Origin: an uncultured Clostridia bacterium
GTDB taxonomy: Bacteria; Bacillota; Clostridia; Oscillospirales; JAAYOS01
Assembly (NCBI GenBank): GCA_947593925.1
Contig: CANQDU010000007.1
Span: 18,408-82,407 of the forward strand
Reading direction: 5' to 3'
DNA length: 64,000 bases
Shown here: piece by piece, positions 1-8,457 of the stretch
How positions within the stretch are numbered: the stretch's first letter is position 1
Layout of the letters: each line of letters begins with the position of its first letter
Position numbers and translations under genes: made by a program
The notes under the pieces: model-generated
The model's input: only the letters and a program-made list of their open reading frames with translations
Told to the model about the DNA's origin: nothing
Database searches by the model: none

Positions 1-271
1 TGTCGTCCCCCGCGCCGCCGAGGTGCGCCTGATAACTGCGGCTGAGCGCCATCAGCGTCGAGAAGAGCGCGCGGGCGTAGCCGCCGAGCTCGCCCGCCTC
101 CGCGCCGACGCGCTCGAGTATCTGCCGTTCGCGGTCGGGCTGGTAGAGCGCGAGCCCGTCGCGCTTCTTCGCCGCCGCCACATCGGCGGCGATGCTCATA
201 CGTTCGGTGAAGAGCGCGAGAAGCTGCTTATCCAGCACATCCAGCCGTGCACGAAGCTCAGAGAGTTCCAT
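1..271 (-). CDS. Chorismate mutase (AroQ class), N-terminal part. The ORF runs off the left edge and may be the CM domain of a bifunctional CM/prephenate dehydratase.
   Basis: Hand translation of the minus strand from ATG at 271 gives MELSELRARLDVLDKQLLALFTERMSIAADVAAAKKRDGLALYQPDRERQILERV..., a typical AroQ helical pattern. The start overlaps the aroC stop by 14 nt. It is absent from the ORF track because it has no stop in the window. Confidence 0.7.
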   Translation of the reverse strand, partial: MELSELRARLDVLDKQLLALFTERMSIAADVAAAKKRDGLALYQPDRERQILERVGAEAGELGGYARALFSTLMALSRSYQAHLGGAGDD

Positions 272-1361
272 TTTCGGTCGCTCCTTTGTTTCCGAGGATA
301 AGGTCGAGAAGCACGCACGCCGTCACCGCCTCAACGCACGGAACGGCGCGCGGGACGATGCACGGGTCGTGCCTGCCCGCGATGACAAGCTCGGTCTCGC
401 TACCGCTCGCAAGGTCAACAGACCTCTGCGGCTTCGAGATGGACGGCGTGGGCTTGAACGCGACGCGGAAGAGAAGCGGCGCACCGGTCGTCATGCCGCC
501 GAGGACGCCGCCGGCGTGGTTCGTGAGCGGCGTCACCCTGCCGTCCGAGATGCCGTAGCCGTCGTTATGCTCCGAGCCGCGCATCGCGGCGGCGGCGAAG
601 CCGTCCCCGAACTCTATGCCGCGCACCGCGCCGAGGGTGAATATTGCCGCAGACAGGCGGTTCTCGACGCCGTCCGAGAGCGGTTCGCCGAGCCCGGTGG
701 GCAGTCCGACAGCGGCGCACTCGACGATGCCGCCGACGCTGTCGCACTCGGCGCGCGCCGAGGCTATCGCCGCGAGCATCTTTTCGGCGGCGGCGTCGTC
801 AAGGGCGGGAAACTCCTTTTTGCCCGCCGCCTCGAGCTCCGCGCGGGTGACACGGAGGGGGTCGAACGCCGCGTCGCGCACACCCGCTATCGCGGCGGCG
901 TGCGCGCCGACGTATATCCCGCGCCGCGCGAGTATCTGCTTTGCCATGCCGCCGACGGCGCATATCGCGGCGGTGAGGCGGCCGGAGAAGTGTCCGCCGC
1001 CCGAGCGGTCGGCGTATCCGCCGTACTTTACGTACATCGGATAGTCCGCGTGGGACGGGCGGGGTATGTTCTCAAAGGACTTGTAATCCGAGGAGCGCTG
1101 AGAGGCGTTCTCGATAAAGAGCGCGAGCGGCGCGCCGGTGAGGACGCCGTCCCGGATACCGCCGAGGAAGCGGGGACTGTCCGCCTCGCGGCGCTGTGTC
1201 GAGAAGCTCTTTCCTCCGGCGCGGCGCGCCATGAAGCGCGCGAGCTCGTCCGGGTCGATGCGCTCGCCCGCGGGAAATCCCTCCGCGACGGCGCCTATGC
1301 CCGCGCCGTGAGACTCGCCGAATACCGTCACCCTGAACGCTTCGCCGAAGCTAGAGGACAT
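258..1361 (-). CDS. aroC: Chorismate synthase
   Basis: 367 aa. N-terminus FGEAFRVTVFGESHGAGIGAVAEG, plus the GGGHFSGRLTAA and AGRHDPCIVPRAVP signature regions. Sits in the aro operon. Confidence 0.95.
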   Translation of the reverse strand: MSSSFGEAFRVTVFGESHGAGIGAVAEGFPAGERIDPDELARFMARRAGGKSFSTQRREADSPRFLGGIRDGVLTGAPLALFIENASQRSSDYKSFENIPRPSHADYPMYVKYGGYADRSGGGHFSGRLTAAICAVGGMAKQILARRGIYVGAHAAAIAGVRDAAFDPLRVTRAELEAAGKKEFPALDDAAAEKMLAAIASARAECDSVGGIVECAAVGLPTGLGEPLSDGVENRLSAAIFTLGAVRGIEFGDGFAAAAMRGSEHNDGYGISDGRVTPLTNHAGGVLGGMTTGAPLLFRVAFKPTPSISKPQRSVDLASGSETELVIAGRHDPCIVPRAVPCVEAVTACVLLDLILGNKGATENGTL

Positions 1362-2541
1362 GGACTATCCCTCCCAGATGTTTGAAATCTTCAAAGAACC
1401 CCGGATAGCTCTTTTCGACGGCCTCCGCGCCGCGTATGACGGTCTCGCCGGAGGCGTGAGCGGCGGCGACTGCCGCCGCCATGACTATCCTGTGGTCGCC
1501 CGCGCCATCTACCTCGCCGCCGGAGAGGGGCGAAGGCTCGACCGTGAGGCCGTCGTCGGTCTCACGGCAGACGCCGCCGAGCGCGCGGAGCGCCGCCGCG
1601 ACGGAGGCTATCCTGTCGCTCTCCTTTAAGCGCAGGCGAGCCCCGCCGACGAAGACCGTTCTCGCACGGGCGGCGGACGCCGCGAGCGCGAGCGCGGGAA
1701 AGAGGTCGGGCGAGCCGCTGACGTCCACCGTGCCGCCGAGGGTTTGGAGCAGACGCGCGGCGGCGCGGTCGGGCTGTGCGGAAGCGCCGTCAAGACCTTC
1801 GACCGAGACGTCCGAGCCGAAGGCGTTCGCCTCCTGCCAGAACGCGGCGGAGGACCAGTCTCCCTCCGCGTCCGCGCGGCCGGGCGAGCGAACCCTGCCG
1901 GACACGGCAAACGTTCCGCCGCCGCGCGAAACGGATACCCCGAAGCGCTCGAGCGTCCGCAGGGTCATATCGACATAGCCGGCGCTCTCGAGCGCCGTCG
2001 TGAGGCGCACCGAGCCGCCGCCGAGGTGCGCAAGCGCCATCAGCATACCGCTGATGAACTGCGAGCTGATGTTGCCCGGCAGCTCGTATTCTCCGGGGCG
2101 AAGCCTGCCGCTTATCTCGATAGGCAGGAGGTCTGCGGATACGGAGACGCCGCCGCTCCGCAAGGCGGCGGTGAGGGGAAGCATCGGACGCTCGCCGAGG
2201 CGTCCCTCCCCGACAAATTTCGCGCTCACGCCGAGCGCCGCCGCGACAGGCAGCAGAAAGCGGAGCGTGGAGCCGCTCTCATGGCAGTCGAGCGTGAGCG
2301 GAGACGCGGGAACGGAGGACACCGGCGTCACGAGAAAGCCGTCCTCCGTCCGCTCTATGCCCGCGCCGAGCGCGCGGAGGAGCGATGCGGTGGCCTCGAT
2401 GTCCCGCGAGACGTCGGGGCAGCCGACGAAGGTCTCCTTTTCCGCGAGGGCGGCGAGTATCAGCAGACGGTGCGCGTCCGACTTGGAGGGTATCGCGCGG
2501 AGCGAGCCCGAGAGCCGGTGCGGGGTTATCCTGATATTCAT
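1351..2541 (-). CDS. aroA: 3-phosphoshikimate 1-carboxyvinyltransferase (EPSP synthase)
   Basis: 396 aa. Motifs PSKSDAHRLLILAALA and HESGSTLRFLLP, and the C-terminal DHRIVMAAAVAA. Ends overlap aroC and lie next to aroB. Confidence 0.95.
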   Translation of the reverse strand: MNIRITPHRLSGSLRAIPSKSDAHRLLILAALAEKETFVGCPDVSRDIEATASLLRALGAGIERTEDGFLVTPVSSVPASPLTLDCHESGSTLRFLLPVAAALGVSAKFVGEGRLGERPMLPLTAALRSGGVSVSADLLPIEISGRLRPGEYELPGNISSQFISGMLMALAHLGGGSVRLTTALESAGYVDMTLRTLERFGVSVSRGGGTFAVSGRVRSPGRADAEGDWSSAAFWQEANAFGSDVSVEGLDGASAQPDRAAARLLQTLGGTVDVSGSPDLFPALALAASAARARTVFVGGARLRLKESDRIASVAAALRALGGVCRETDDGLTVEPSPLSGGEVDGAGDHRIVMAAAVAAAHASGETVIRGAEAVEKSYPGFFEDFKHLGGIVHVL

Positions 2542-2550
2542 GGCGTCTCC

Positions 2551-3636
2551 TTATTTCACGCCGGCGGCGGCGAGGACGCCGCCGAGCCGGTCGGTTGGTA
2601 TGCGAGTGATACGGCAGCGCCCTACCGTCTCGGGAAGGATGAAGTCTATCCCGTCGCCCGAGCGCTTCTTGTCCGAAAGCATCACCTCGGCGAGCTCGGA
2701 GGCGGGAATGTCCGTTTCGGTAGGAAGCCCGGAGGCGCGGATGCCGTCCGTTATCTCGTCGCGGTCAGACTCCGCAAGTATGCCGAGCGAGCAGGCGGCG
2801 CGCGCCGCCATCGCCGTTCCTATCGCGACGGCGTGGCCGTGCGAAACGGCGTAGCCGCTGCACTTCTCTATCGCGTGGCCGAAGGTGTGGCCGAGGTTCA
2901 ATAGCTTTCGCGCGCCGCTCTCGCGCGTGTCCGCCGCGACGACGGAGGCTTTAAACGTTACGTTTGCTGCTATCGTCTCCGGGCGGAGCGCGCCGTGCGC
3001 GGCGGTGTCGCGGAAGAGCTCGCGGCTCGAGAGAACGCCGTGCTTCAGAGCCTCCGCAGTGCCGTCTCCGATGAGCTCCGTGGTGAGGGTCGCGAAAAGC
3101 GACGTGTCGCAGACGACGGCGGAGGGCTGGTGGAACGCCCCCGCGAGGTTCTTGCCCGCCGAGAGGTTCACGGCGGTCTTGCCGCCGACCGAGCTGTCAA
3201 CGGCGGCGAGAAGCGTCGTCGGGACCTGCATGAGACGGACGCCGCGAAGGTAGCTCGCGGCGGCGAAGCCGGCGACGTCGCCGACTATCCCGCCGCCGAC
3301 CGCGGCGACGGCGCAGCGGCGGGTGAGCTTCGCCGCCGCCATGCGCTCGAGTATCATGCCGAGCGTCGTGAGATTTTTGTTTTCCTCGCCGCCGGGCATG
3401 ACGATGCGCGTCACGGGAGCCATGCGCCCGAGCGCCGCTTCGGCGCGTTCGCCGAAGAGGCGGTCGGTGTTTTCGTCACAGATGAGAGCGAAGCCGTCCG
3501 GCGCGCCGCCGCGCAGAGGGAAGAAGTCGGCGAGAAGTTCGAGCAGTCCTTCGCCGATGTGTATGTCGTAGCCGCGCGAGTCCGGTGCGGCGTCTATCGG
3601 GTCGGCTGAGACGTGGACGAGTATCGCGTCAGACAT
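2551..3636 (-). CDS. aroB: 3-dehydroquinate synthase
   Basis: 361 aa. GGGIVGDVAGFAAASYLRGVRLMQVPTTLLAAVDSSVGGKTAVN and LNLGHTFGHAIE motifs. Confidence 0.95.
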   Translation of the reverse strand: MSDAILVHVSADPIDAAPDSRGYDIHIGEGLLELLADFFPLRGGAPDGFALICDENTDRLFGERAEAALGRMAPVTRIVMPGGEENKNLTTLGMILERMAAAKLTRRCAVAAVGGGIVGDVAGFAAASYLRGVRLMQVPTTLLAAVDSSVGGKTAVNLSAGKNLAGAFHQPSAVVCDTSLFATLTTELIGDGTAEALKHGVLSSRELFRDTAAHGALRPETIAANVTFKASVVAADTRESGARKLLNLGHTFGHAIEKCSGYAVSHGHAVAIGTAMAARAACSLGILAESDRDEITDGIRASGLPTETDIPASELAEVMLSDKKRSGDGIDFILPETVGRCRITRIPTDRLGGVLAAAGVK

Positions 3637-4468
3637 TTTCGCTTGCCTCCTTCATCTCGACGCCGCGCTCGAGCATCGCGGCAAGCGTCTCCGCGTCGCC
3701 GGAGCTTATCGCGCTCTCGAACGCGGAGAGACGGTCTATAAGGCCGCGCAGCTCGAAGGAGAGCGCGTCCCGGTTGTCAAGGAAGAGCTCGGTCCACATA
3801 TCCACCTTGAGCCGCGCGACGCGGGTGAGGTCCTTGAAGCTGCCGGCGGAGAAGCCGCCGTGCATCGCCGAAGTCTCGCTCTGGACGTAGGCGTTCGAGA
3901 CCACGTGCGCAAGCTGAGAGGTGTAGGCTATGACGCGGTCGTGCCGCTCCACGGAGGATACGGTTATCCGTCCAAAGCCGAGCGACAGAAAGAAGTCGTG
4001 AAGCGAGCCCATGAGGTCGGGATCGACGTCCTCCGGAGGGACGAGTATCATCGAAGCGCCATCGAACAGCTCCTCCTGCGATGCGGAGAAGCCGGAGATC
4101 TCGCGGCCGGCCATGGGGTGTCCGCCGATGAAGGCAAACCCGTGCTCGCGCGCGGCCTTGAAGCATTCGGGGCAGACGGCGCCCTTCACGCCGCATAGGT
4201 CGATAACGGCGGTGTCGAGCGAGAAGAGGTGCGCGTGCCCGAGCACGTAGTCCACCGTGGATTGCGGATACAGCGCGACGAGAACGAGGTCGCAGAGGGG
4301 CAGAGTCTCGTCGGTGAGGACGGCGTCAACGACGCCCTCGCCGAGCGCCGCTTCGAGCGGCGCCTTCGAGCGGTTGCATGCGTAGACCGTGTGGCCCGCG
4401 CCGGAGCGCTTTATCGCGCGCGCCATGCTCCCGCCAATGAGACCGAGGCCGACTATACCTATATTCAT
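3629..4468 (-). CDS. tyrA: Prephenate dehydrogenase
   Basis: The track ORF is 3629..4576. I place the start at the internal ATG at 4468 (MNIGIVGLGLIGGSMA, Rossmann GxGxxG), just downstream of the aroF stop at 4473. A GGHPMAG motif is present. Confidence 0.85.
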   Translation of the reverse strand: MNIGIVGLGLIGGSMARAIKRSGAGHTVYACNRSKAPLEAALGEGVVDAVLTDETLPLCDLVLVALYPQSTVDYVLGHAHLFSLDTAVIDLCGVKGAVCPECFKAAREHGFAFIGGHPMAGREISGFSASQEELFDGASMILVPPEDVDPDLMGSLHDFFLSLGFGRITVSSVERHDRVIAYTSQLAHVVSNAYVQSETSAMHGGFSAGSFKDLTRVARLKVDMWTELFLDNRDALSFELRGLIDRLSAFESAISSGDAETLAAMLERGVEMKEASENV

Positions 4469-4472
4469 ACGG

Positions 4473-5486
4473 TCACGCCTCGCGCTCGTAGGCATAGGGA
4501 CGGAGCGCGTCGATGCTCCGCATGAGGCGCTCGAAGTTCTTCGGGGTGAGCGACTGCGGGCCGTCGCAGAGGGCATGCGCCGGGTCGTTGTGTACCTCTA
4601 TGATGAGGCCGTCCGCTCCGGCGGCGACCGCCGCGAGTGCCGTCGGCGGGACGAGCGAGTGCTTGCCGGTGGCGTGGCTCGGGTCAACTATGACGGGGAG
4701 GTGGCTGAGGTCCTTGAGGACGGGCACGGCGCTGATGTCGAGAGTGTTGCGGGTGTAGGTCTCGAACGTGCGGATGCCGCGCTCGCAGAGCACGACCTGC
4801 TCGTTGCCGCCCGCCATGATGTACTCGGCGCTCATCAGCAGCTCCTCGAGCGTGGAGCTGAGGCCGCGCTTGAGGAGTATCGGCTTGCGGAGATGTCCGA
4901 GCTCCTTCAGGAGCTCGAAGTTCTGCATGTTGCGCGCGCCGACCTGAATCATGTCCACGTCGTCATACAGGCCGAGCTGGGAGAGATCCATTATCTCGGT
5001 GACTATCGGCAGTCCGGTCTCGCGCTTGGCCTCGACGAGGAGACGGATGCCGTCCTCGCGCAGTCCCTGGAAGGAGTAGGGCGAGGTGCGCGGCTTGAAC
5101 GCGCCGCCGCGCAGCAGCGTCGCGCCGGATGCCTTTACGGCCTTTGCGACGGCGCATATCTGCTCCTCGCTCTCGACCGAGCACGGGCCGGCTATGACCT
5201 GGAAGTTCCCACCGCCTATCTTCACGCCGCCGACGTCTACGACGGTGTCGTCCGGGTGGAACTTGCGGTTCGCGTTCTTGAACGGCTCCTGGACGCGCTT
5301 GACGTCTTCGACGATGTCGAGCGCCTGGATAAGGTCGATGTCGATCTTCGATGTGTCGCCGACGAGACCGAGGATGGTCTGAAGGTGGCCGACGGTCGTG
5401 TGGACGCTTATGCCCATATCGTCGAGCCACTTTGTCAGCATGTCGAGCTGCGCCTTGTCCGGGTTCTGCTTGAGAATGACGATCAT
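4473..5486 (-). CDS. aroF: 3-deoxy-7-phosphoheptulonate (DAHP) synthase, type I-beta, with an N-terminal ferredoxin-like regulatory domain
   Basis: The track ORF is 4473..5648. The likely start is the ATG at 5486 (MIVILKQ...), preceded by GGAGGAAT. The catalytic core reads IAGPCSVESEEQ...LLRGGAFKPRTSPYSFQGL. Confidence 0.9.
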   Translation of the reverse strand: MIVILKQNPDKAQLDMLTKWLDDMGISVHTTVGHLQTILGLVGDTSKIDIDLIQALDIVEDVKRVQEPFKNANRKFHPDDTVVDVGGVKIGGGNFQVIAGPCSVESEEQICAVAKAVKASGATLLRGGAFKPRTSPYSFQGLREDGIRLLVEAKRETGLPIVTEIMDLSQLGLYDDVDMIQVGARNMQNFELLKELGHLRKPILLKRGLSSTLEELLMSAEYIMAGGNEQVVLCERGIRTFETYTRNTLDISAVPVLKDLSHLPVIVDPSHATGKHSLVPPTALAAVAAGADGLIIEVHNDPAHALCDGPQSLTPKNFERLMRSIDALRPYAYEREA

Positions 5487-5541
5487 TTTTAATTCCTCCG
5501 ATACTTTTTGAAAGCGAGGCCCGTTCCGCGCCGCGCGGAAC

Positions 5542-5572
5542 AAAAAAGCTCCGCGGCGGTCTGCCGCGGAGC
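5542..5572 (-). terminator. Intrinsic terminator inside the aro operon 5' leader (attenuator terminator)
   Basis: The minus strand reads GCTCCGCGGC-AGACC-GCCGCGGAGC, a perfect 10-bp GC-rich stem, followed directly by TTTTTT. It lies 55 nt upstream of the aroF ATG and downstream of the leader ORF stop. Confidence 0.75.
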
Positions 5573-5592
5573 GTTGTTGCACAGATTGCGGT

Positions 5593-5697
5593 CTATGCCC
5601 TGACGTCTTCCACAGCAGAACAAGCCTTGCCGAAGTAATAGCCGGCAAAGCTGAAGCTAAAGTAGAAGTATCCGTTTTTACGCGAACAGTCAGACAT
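5593..5697 (-). CDS. Candidate aro-operon leader peptide, 34 aa, rich in Phe and Tyr
   Basis: It is the internal ATG of track ORF 5593..5793. GAGGT lies 8 nt upstream. Translation is MSDCSRKNGYFYFSFSFAGYYFGKACSAVEDVRA, with 5 Phe and 4 Tyr between codons 10 and 22. It sits between a sigma-70-like promoter and the leader terminator. Confidence 0.55.
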   Translation of the reverse strand: MSDCSRKNGYFYFSFSFAGYYFGKACSAVEDVRA

Positions 5698-5728
5698 AGG
5701 TTGGAACCTCGCTTTTGAACTTACGAAT

Positions 5729-5757
5729 ATTTTATATCCTGACGTCCGTTTTGTAAA
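5729..5757 (-). promoter_or_regulatory. Sigma-70-like promoter of the aro leader/operon
   Basis: The minus strand reads TTTACA-17 nt-TAAAAT (-35 at 5752..5757, -10 at 5729..5734). Confidence 0.45.
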
Positions 5758-5844
5758 GCACAAAATGATTTCCCCGGGGATATTTGTGACCATACGACAA
5801 ATATTCCCAAGGGAAATACGAAAATTCTATGGAGTTTGACGGCG

Positions 5845-7263
5845 TCACACGGCGGCCGCAGCAGCCGCCGCTTCGGCGGCGAGGCGTTCGTCGCGCTTCT
5901 TCTTCATGGGGTTCAGCTTGAACTTCTTCAGCAGGAAGTAGCTGAGCAGGTGAATGAGCGCCGTCGCCGCCCACGAAATGGGGTAGGAGATAAAGAGCGT
6001 AAAGAGCGTGTGGTGCATGGCAAAGATGGTGTATATCCAGAGTATGCGCGAACCGCAGACGCCGAGTATCGACACGACCATCGGAATGAACGAGTAGCCG
6101 GTTCCGCGCATGACGCCGCAGAGAACGTCCATCATGCCGCACAGGAAGTACGGCGCGCTCAGCAGCAGCAGACGGTCGATGCCGTACTGTATCGCGACCT
6201 CGTCCTGTATGTAGATGGAGAGCAGCGGGTGGCCGAGAAGGTACACGCCGACGCCGAACACCAGGCCGACGATCGTCACCATCATTTCACAGAGCAGCAG
6301 CACGCGGTCGATACGCTCGTACTTCTCCGCGCCCATGTTCTGCCCGGTGAAGCTGAGTGCGGCCTGATAGAACGAGTTCATCGCGACGTACACGAAGCCC
6401 TCGAGGTTTGCCGCCGCGCCCGAACCGGTCATGACGACCGAGCCGAAGGAGTTTATCGACGACTGGATTATCACATTGGACAGGGAGAAGATGATGCCCT
6501 GGATACCCGCCGGGATGCCGATGCGCGCAAGCCCCCAAAGCATGTCGAGGTGTATGCGCAGGCGGCGGAGATAAACGCGGTACGGCCCGTCGCTCTTCAC
6601 AAGGCATATCAGCACGAGCGCGGCGGAGACGTACTGCGAGATTATCGTCGCTATCGCGACTCCCGCGACGTCCATCTTGAACACGATGACGAAAAGCAGG
6701 TTCAGTAAGACGTTCAGCACGCCCGCGATTATGAGGAAGTAGAGCGGGCGGCGCGTGTCGCCGACCGAGCGGAGCACCGCCGCGCCGAAGTTGTAGAGCA
6801 TGTTTCCCGGCATGCCGAGGAAGAAAATCTTGACGTACAGCGCGGACTGGCCTATGACATTTTCCGGCGAGTCCATCAGCTCGAGCATCGGGCGGGCGAA
6901 GAACCAGCCTATCACGGCAAGTATCGCGCCGGCGGCGAGGCTTGTTGCGATAGAGGTATGTACCACGCGGTCGAGCATCTCGCGGTCGCCCGAGCCGTAG
7001 TAGCGTGCGACAAGGACGTTGGTGCCTATCGACAGGCCGATAAAGAGGTTGACGATGAGGTTGACCATCGAGCCGGTGGAGCTGACGGCCGCAAGCGAAG
7101 TGTCGCTGCCCCAGTTGCCGACGACGATGATGTCCGCCGCGTTGAACAGAAGCTGGAGCATGCTCGACAGTGCGAGCGGGAACGCGAACCGGCATATCTT
7201 GCCGAGCAGCGGTCCTTTTACCATATCCATTTCATAGCTGCGTGTGCGAGCCAAAACAGTCAC
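5845..7263 (-). CDS. MATE family efflux transporter
   Basis: 472 aa polytopic membrane protein. N-terminus GPLLGKICRFAFPLALSSMLQLLFNAADIIVVG is typical of MATE/NorM. The start is uncertain: the GTG at 7263 lacks a spaced RBS, and ATG codons at 7230 or 7224 are alternatives. Confidence 0.85.
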   Translation of the reverse strand: MTVLARTRSYEMDMVKGPLLGKICRFAFPLALSSMLQLLFNAADIIVVGNWGSDTSLAAVSSTGSMVNLIVNLFIGLSIGTNVLVARYYGSGDREMLDRVVHTSIATSLAAGAILAVIGWFFARPMLELMDSPENVIGQSALYVKIFFLGMPGNMLYNFGAAVLRSVGDTRRPLYFLIIAGVLNVLLNLLFVIVFKMDVAGVAIATIISQYVSAALVLICLVKSDGPYRVYLRRLRIHLDMLWGLARIGIPAGIQGIIFSLSNVIIQSSINSFGSVVMTGSGAAANLEGFVYVAMNSFYQAALSFTGQNMGAEKYERIDRVLLLCEMMVTIVGLVFGVGVYLLGHPLLSIYIQDEVAIQYGIDRLLLLSAPYFLCGMMDVLCGVMRGTGYSFIPMVVSILGVCGSRILWIYTIFAMHHTLFTLFISYPISWAATALIHLLSYFLLKKFKLNPMKKKRDERLAAEAAAAAAAV

Positions 7264-7310
7264 TCCCAGTGAAAACGGCCGGGTACGGCACGTAATTTCG
7301 TTACCCGGCT

Positions 7311-7339
7311 ATTATATCACCGGAAATCGCGGCTGTAAA
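7311..7339 (-). promoter_or_regulatory. Putative promoter of the MATE gene
   Basis: The minus strand reads TTTACA-17 nt-TATAAT, with TG one base upstream of the -10. Confidence 0.4.
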
Positions 7340-7415
7340 CCGAATTCCAAAGAAAAAATCGGCTGAAAATTTTGCGGAAATATGACGGAAAATCCGCAAA
7401 AAATACAAATGCGGT

Positions 7416-8249
7416 TTAGCCGGCGGGGGACGGCGACGGCGCGGAGCCCGCGGGGATCTGCCGCCCCTCGTGGTCGAGGGTGTATTCGCCCTTGTAGATG
7501 AGCTCGCTTACCGGCATGACGGAGTAGCCGTCCGCCTGAAGCGCCTCGATTATCCCGGGCAGAGCCTCCGGGGTGTGGAGCGCGGCGTTGTGAAAGAGGA
7601 CTATAGAGCCGGGCGCGACGCGCGACATCACCCGCTCGTGTATCTCCGAGGCGGAGAGTTCCTTCCAGTCAAGGCTGTCCACATCCCACTGGATGGTGTA
7701 CATACCCATCCTCCGCAAGGTGGTGACGACCTTGTCGTCATACTCGCCGTAGGGCGCGCGGAAGAGCGTCGGCGTGACGCCGGTGACGGCGGAGATCTTG
7801 TCGCAGCAGGCGGTGACGTCCGCCGCTATCTCTTCCGCAGAGAGCTGGGTCATGTGCTTGTGCTTGTCGGAGTGGCTCATGACCTCGTGCCCCGCGTCCG
7901 AGAGCGCTTTGACCGACTCGGGGTACTTCGTCGCCCAGTCGCCCACGACAAAGAAGGTCGCCTTGACATTGTAGCGGCCGAGTATGTCGATGAGCTGCTG
8001 AGTGTCCTCGTTGCCCCACGCGGCGTCGAAGGTGAGCGACACCGCCTTGTCCTCGCGCTGCACGCAGTATATCGGCAGCTCGCGCTTCGCCGCCGCCGCG
8101 CCCACGATGGTCTCGTTTCCGAACACGGCGTATATCCCGACCACGCAGAGCGCGAGCGCCGCCGCCGCGACGTACCACCGCCGTATCAGGAATATCCGTG
8201 CCTTGCCTCCGCCGAAGCGTGCGGAGAGCGCTTTAAGTGCTTTCTTCAT
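7416..8249 (-). CDS. Polysaccharide deacetylase family protein (NodB domain, membrane-anchored)
   Basis: 277 aa. An N-terminal TM segment is followed by LTFDAAWGNEDT...ATFFVVGDW...GHEVMSHSDKH NodB motifs. Confidence 0.85.
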   Translation of the reverse strand: MKKALKALSARFGGGKARIFLIRRWYVAAAALALCVVGIYAVFGNETIVGAAAAKRELPIYCVQREDKAVSLTFDAAWGNEDTQQLIDILGRYNVKATFFVVGDWATKYPESVKALSDAGHEVMSHSDKHKHMTQLSAEEIAADVTACCDKISAVTGVTPTLFRAPYGEYDDKVVTTLRRMGMYTIQWDVDSLDWKELSASEIHERVMSRVAPGSIVLFHNAALHTPEALPGIIEALQADGYSVMPVSELIYKGEYTLDHEGRQIPAGSAPSPSPAG

Positions 8250-8369
8250 TGGTATCCCTCCTCTCCGAATGTGTATGCCGCGGGAGGGGAAAACTTGACC
8301 GCCGAAAATGCGCGTTTGGTAAAATCGGCTCGCGCATGATATTCTTTTCCCATTTTATCCGAAAACACC

Positions 8370-8398
8370 TTGCGGCGCTCCCCGGGGTGTGCTATGAT
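8370..8398 (+). promoter_or_regulatory. Putative promoter of the TIM-barrel/oxidoreductase/nagA/GNAT operon
   Basis: TTGCGG-17 nt-TATGAT with an extended -10 TG (TGcTATGAT). Confidence 0.35.
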
Positions 8399-8457
8399 AC
8401 GGCTGAGAGAAGCGCCGCATGGCGGCGCGGCAATACAGAAAAACGGAGGGGAGAACA

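Noticed and set aside
5523-5541. Second hairpin, GTTCCGCG-3 nt-CGCGGAAC, immediately downstream of the leader terminator's U tract, considered as a second terminator or as a plus-strand terminator
   Set aside because: It has no U tract after it on the minus strand. On the plus strand it is followed by A6, not T, and no plus-strand gene ends nearby. I kept it only as part of the leader description.
4469-5648. N-terminal extensions of track ORFs. tyrA extends to 4576 and aroF to 5648. The same applies to 8419, 9311, 21562, 27400, 28221, 49371, 53452 and 57525.
   Set aside because: The extended parts overlap the upstream gene or leader structures, lack an RBS, and are Arg/Pro-rich. Internal starts have Shine-Dalgarno sequences and give N-termini that match the family consensus.
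7278-7309. Hairpin GCCGGGTA-16 nt-TACCCGGC followed by CGTTTTC upstream of the MATE gene, considered as an attenuator or riboswitch terminator
   Set aside because: The predicted TSS, about 7 nt downstream of the -10 at 7311..7316, falls inside the 5' arm, so the full stem would not be transcribed. The U tract is only 4 nt. It may instead be an operator-like palindrome, but I have no support for that.
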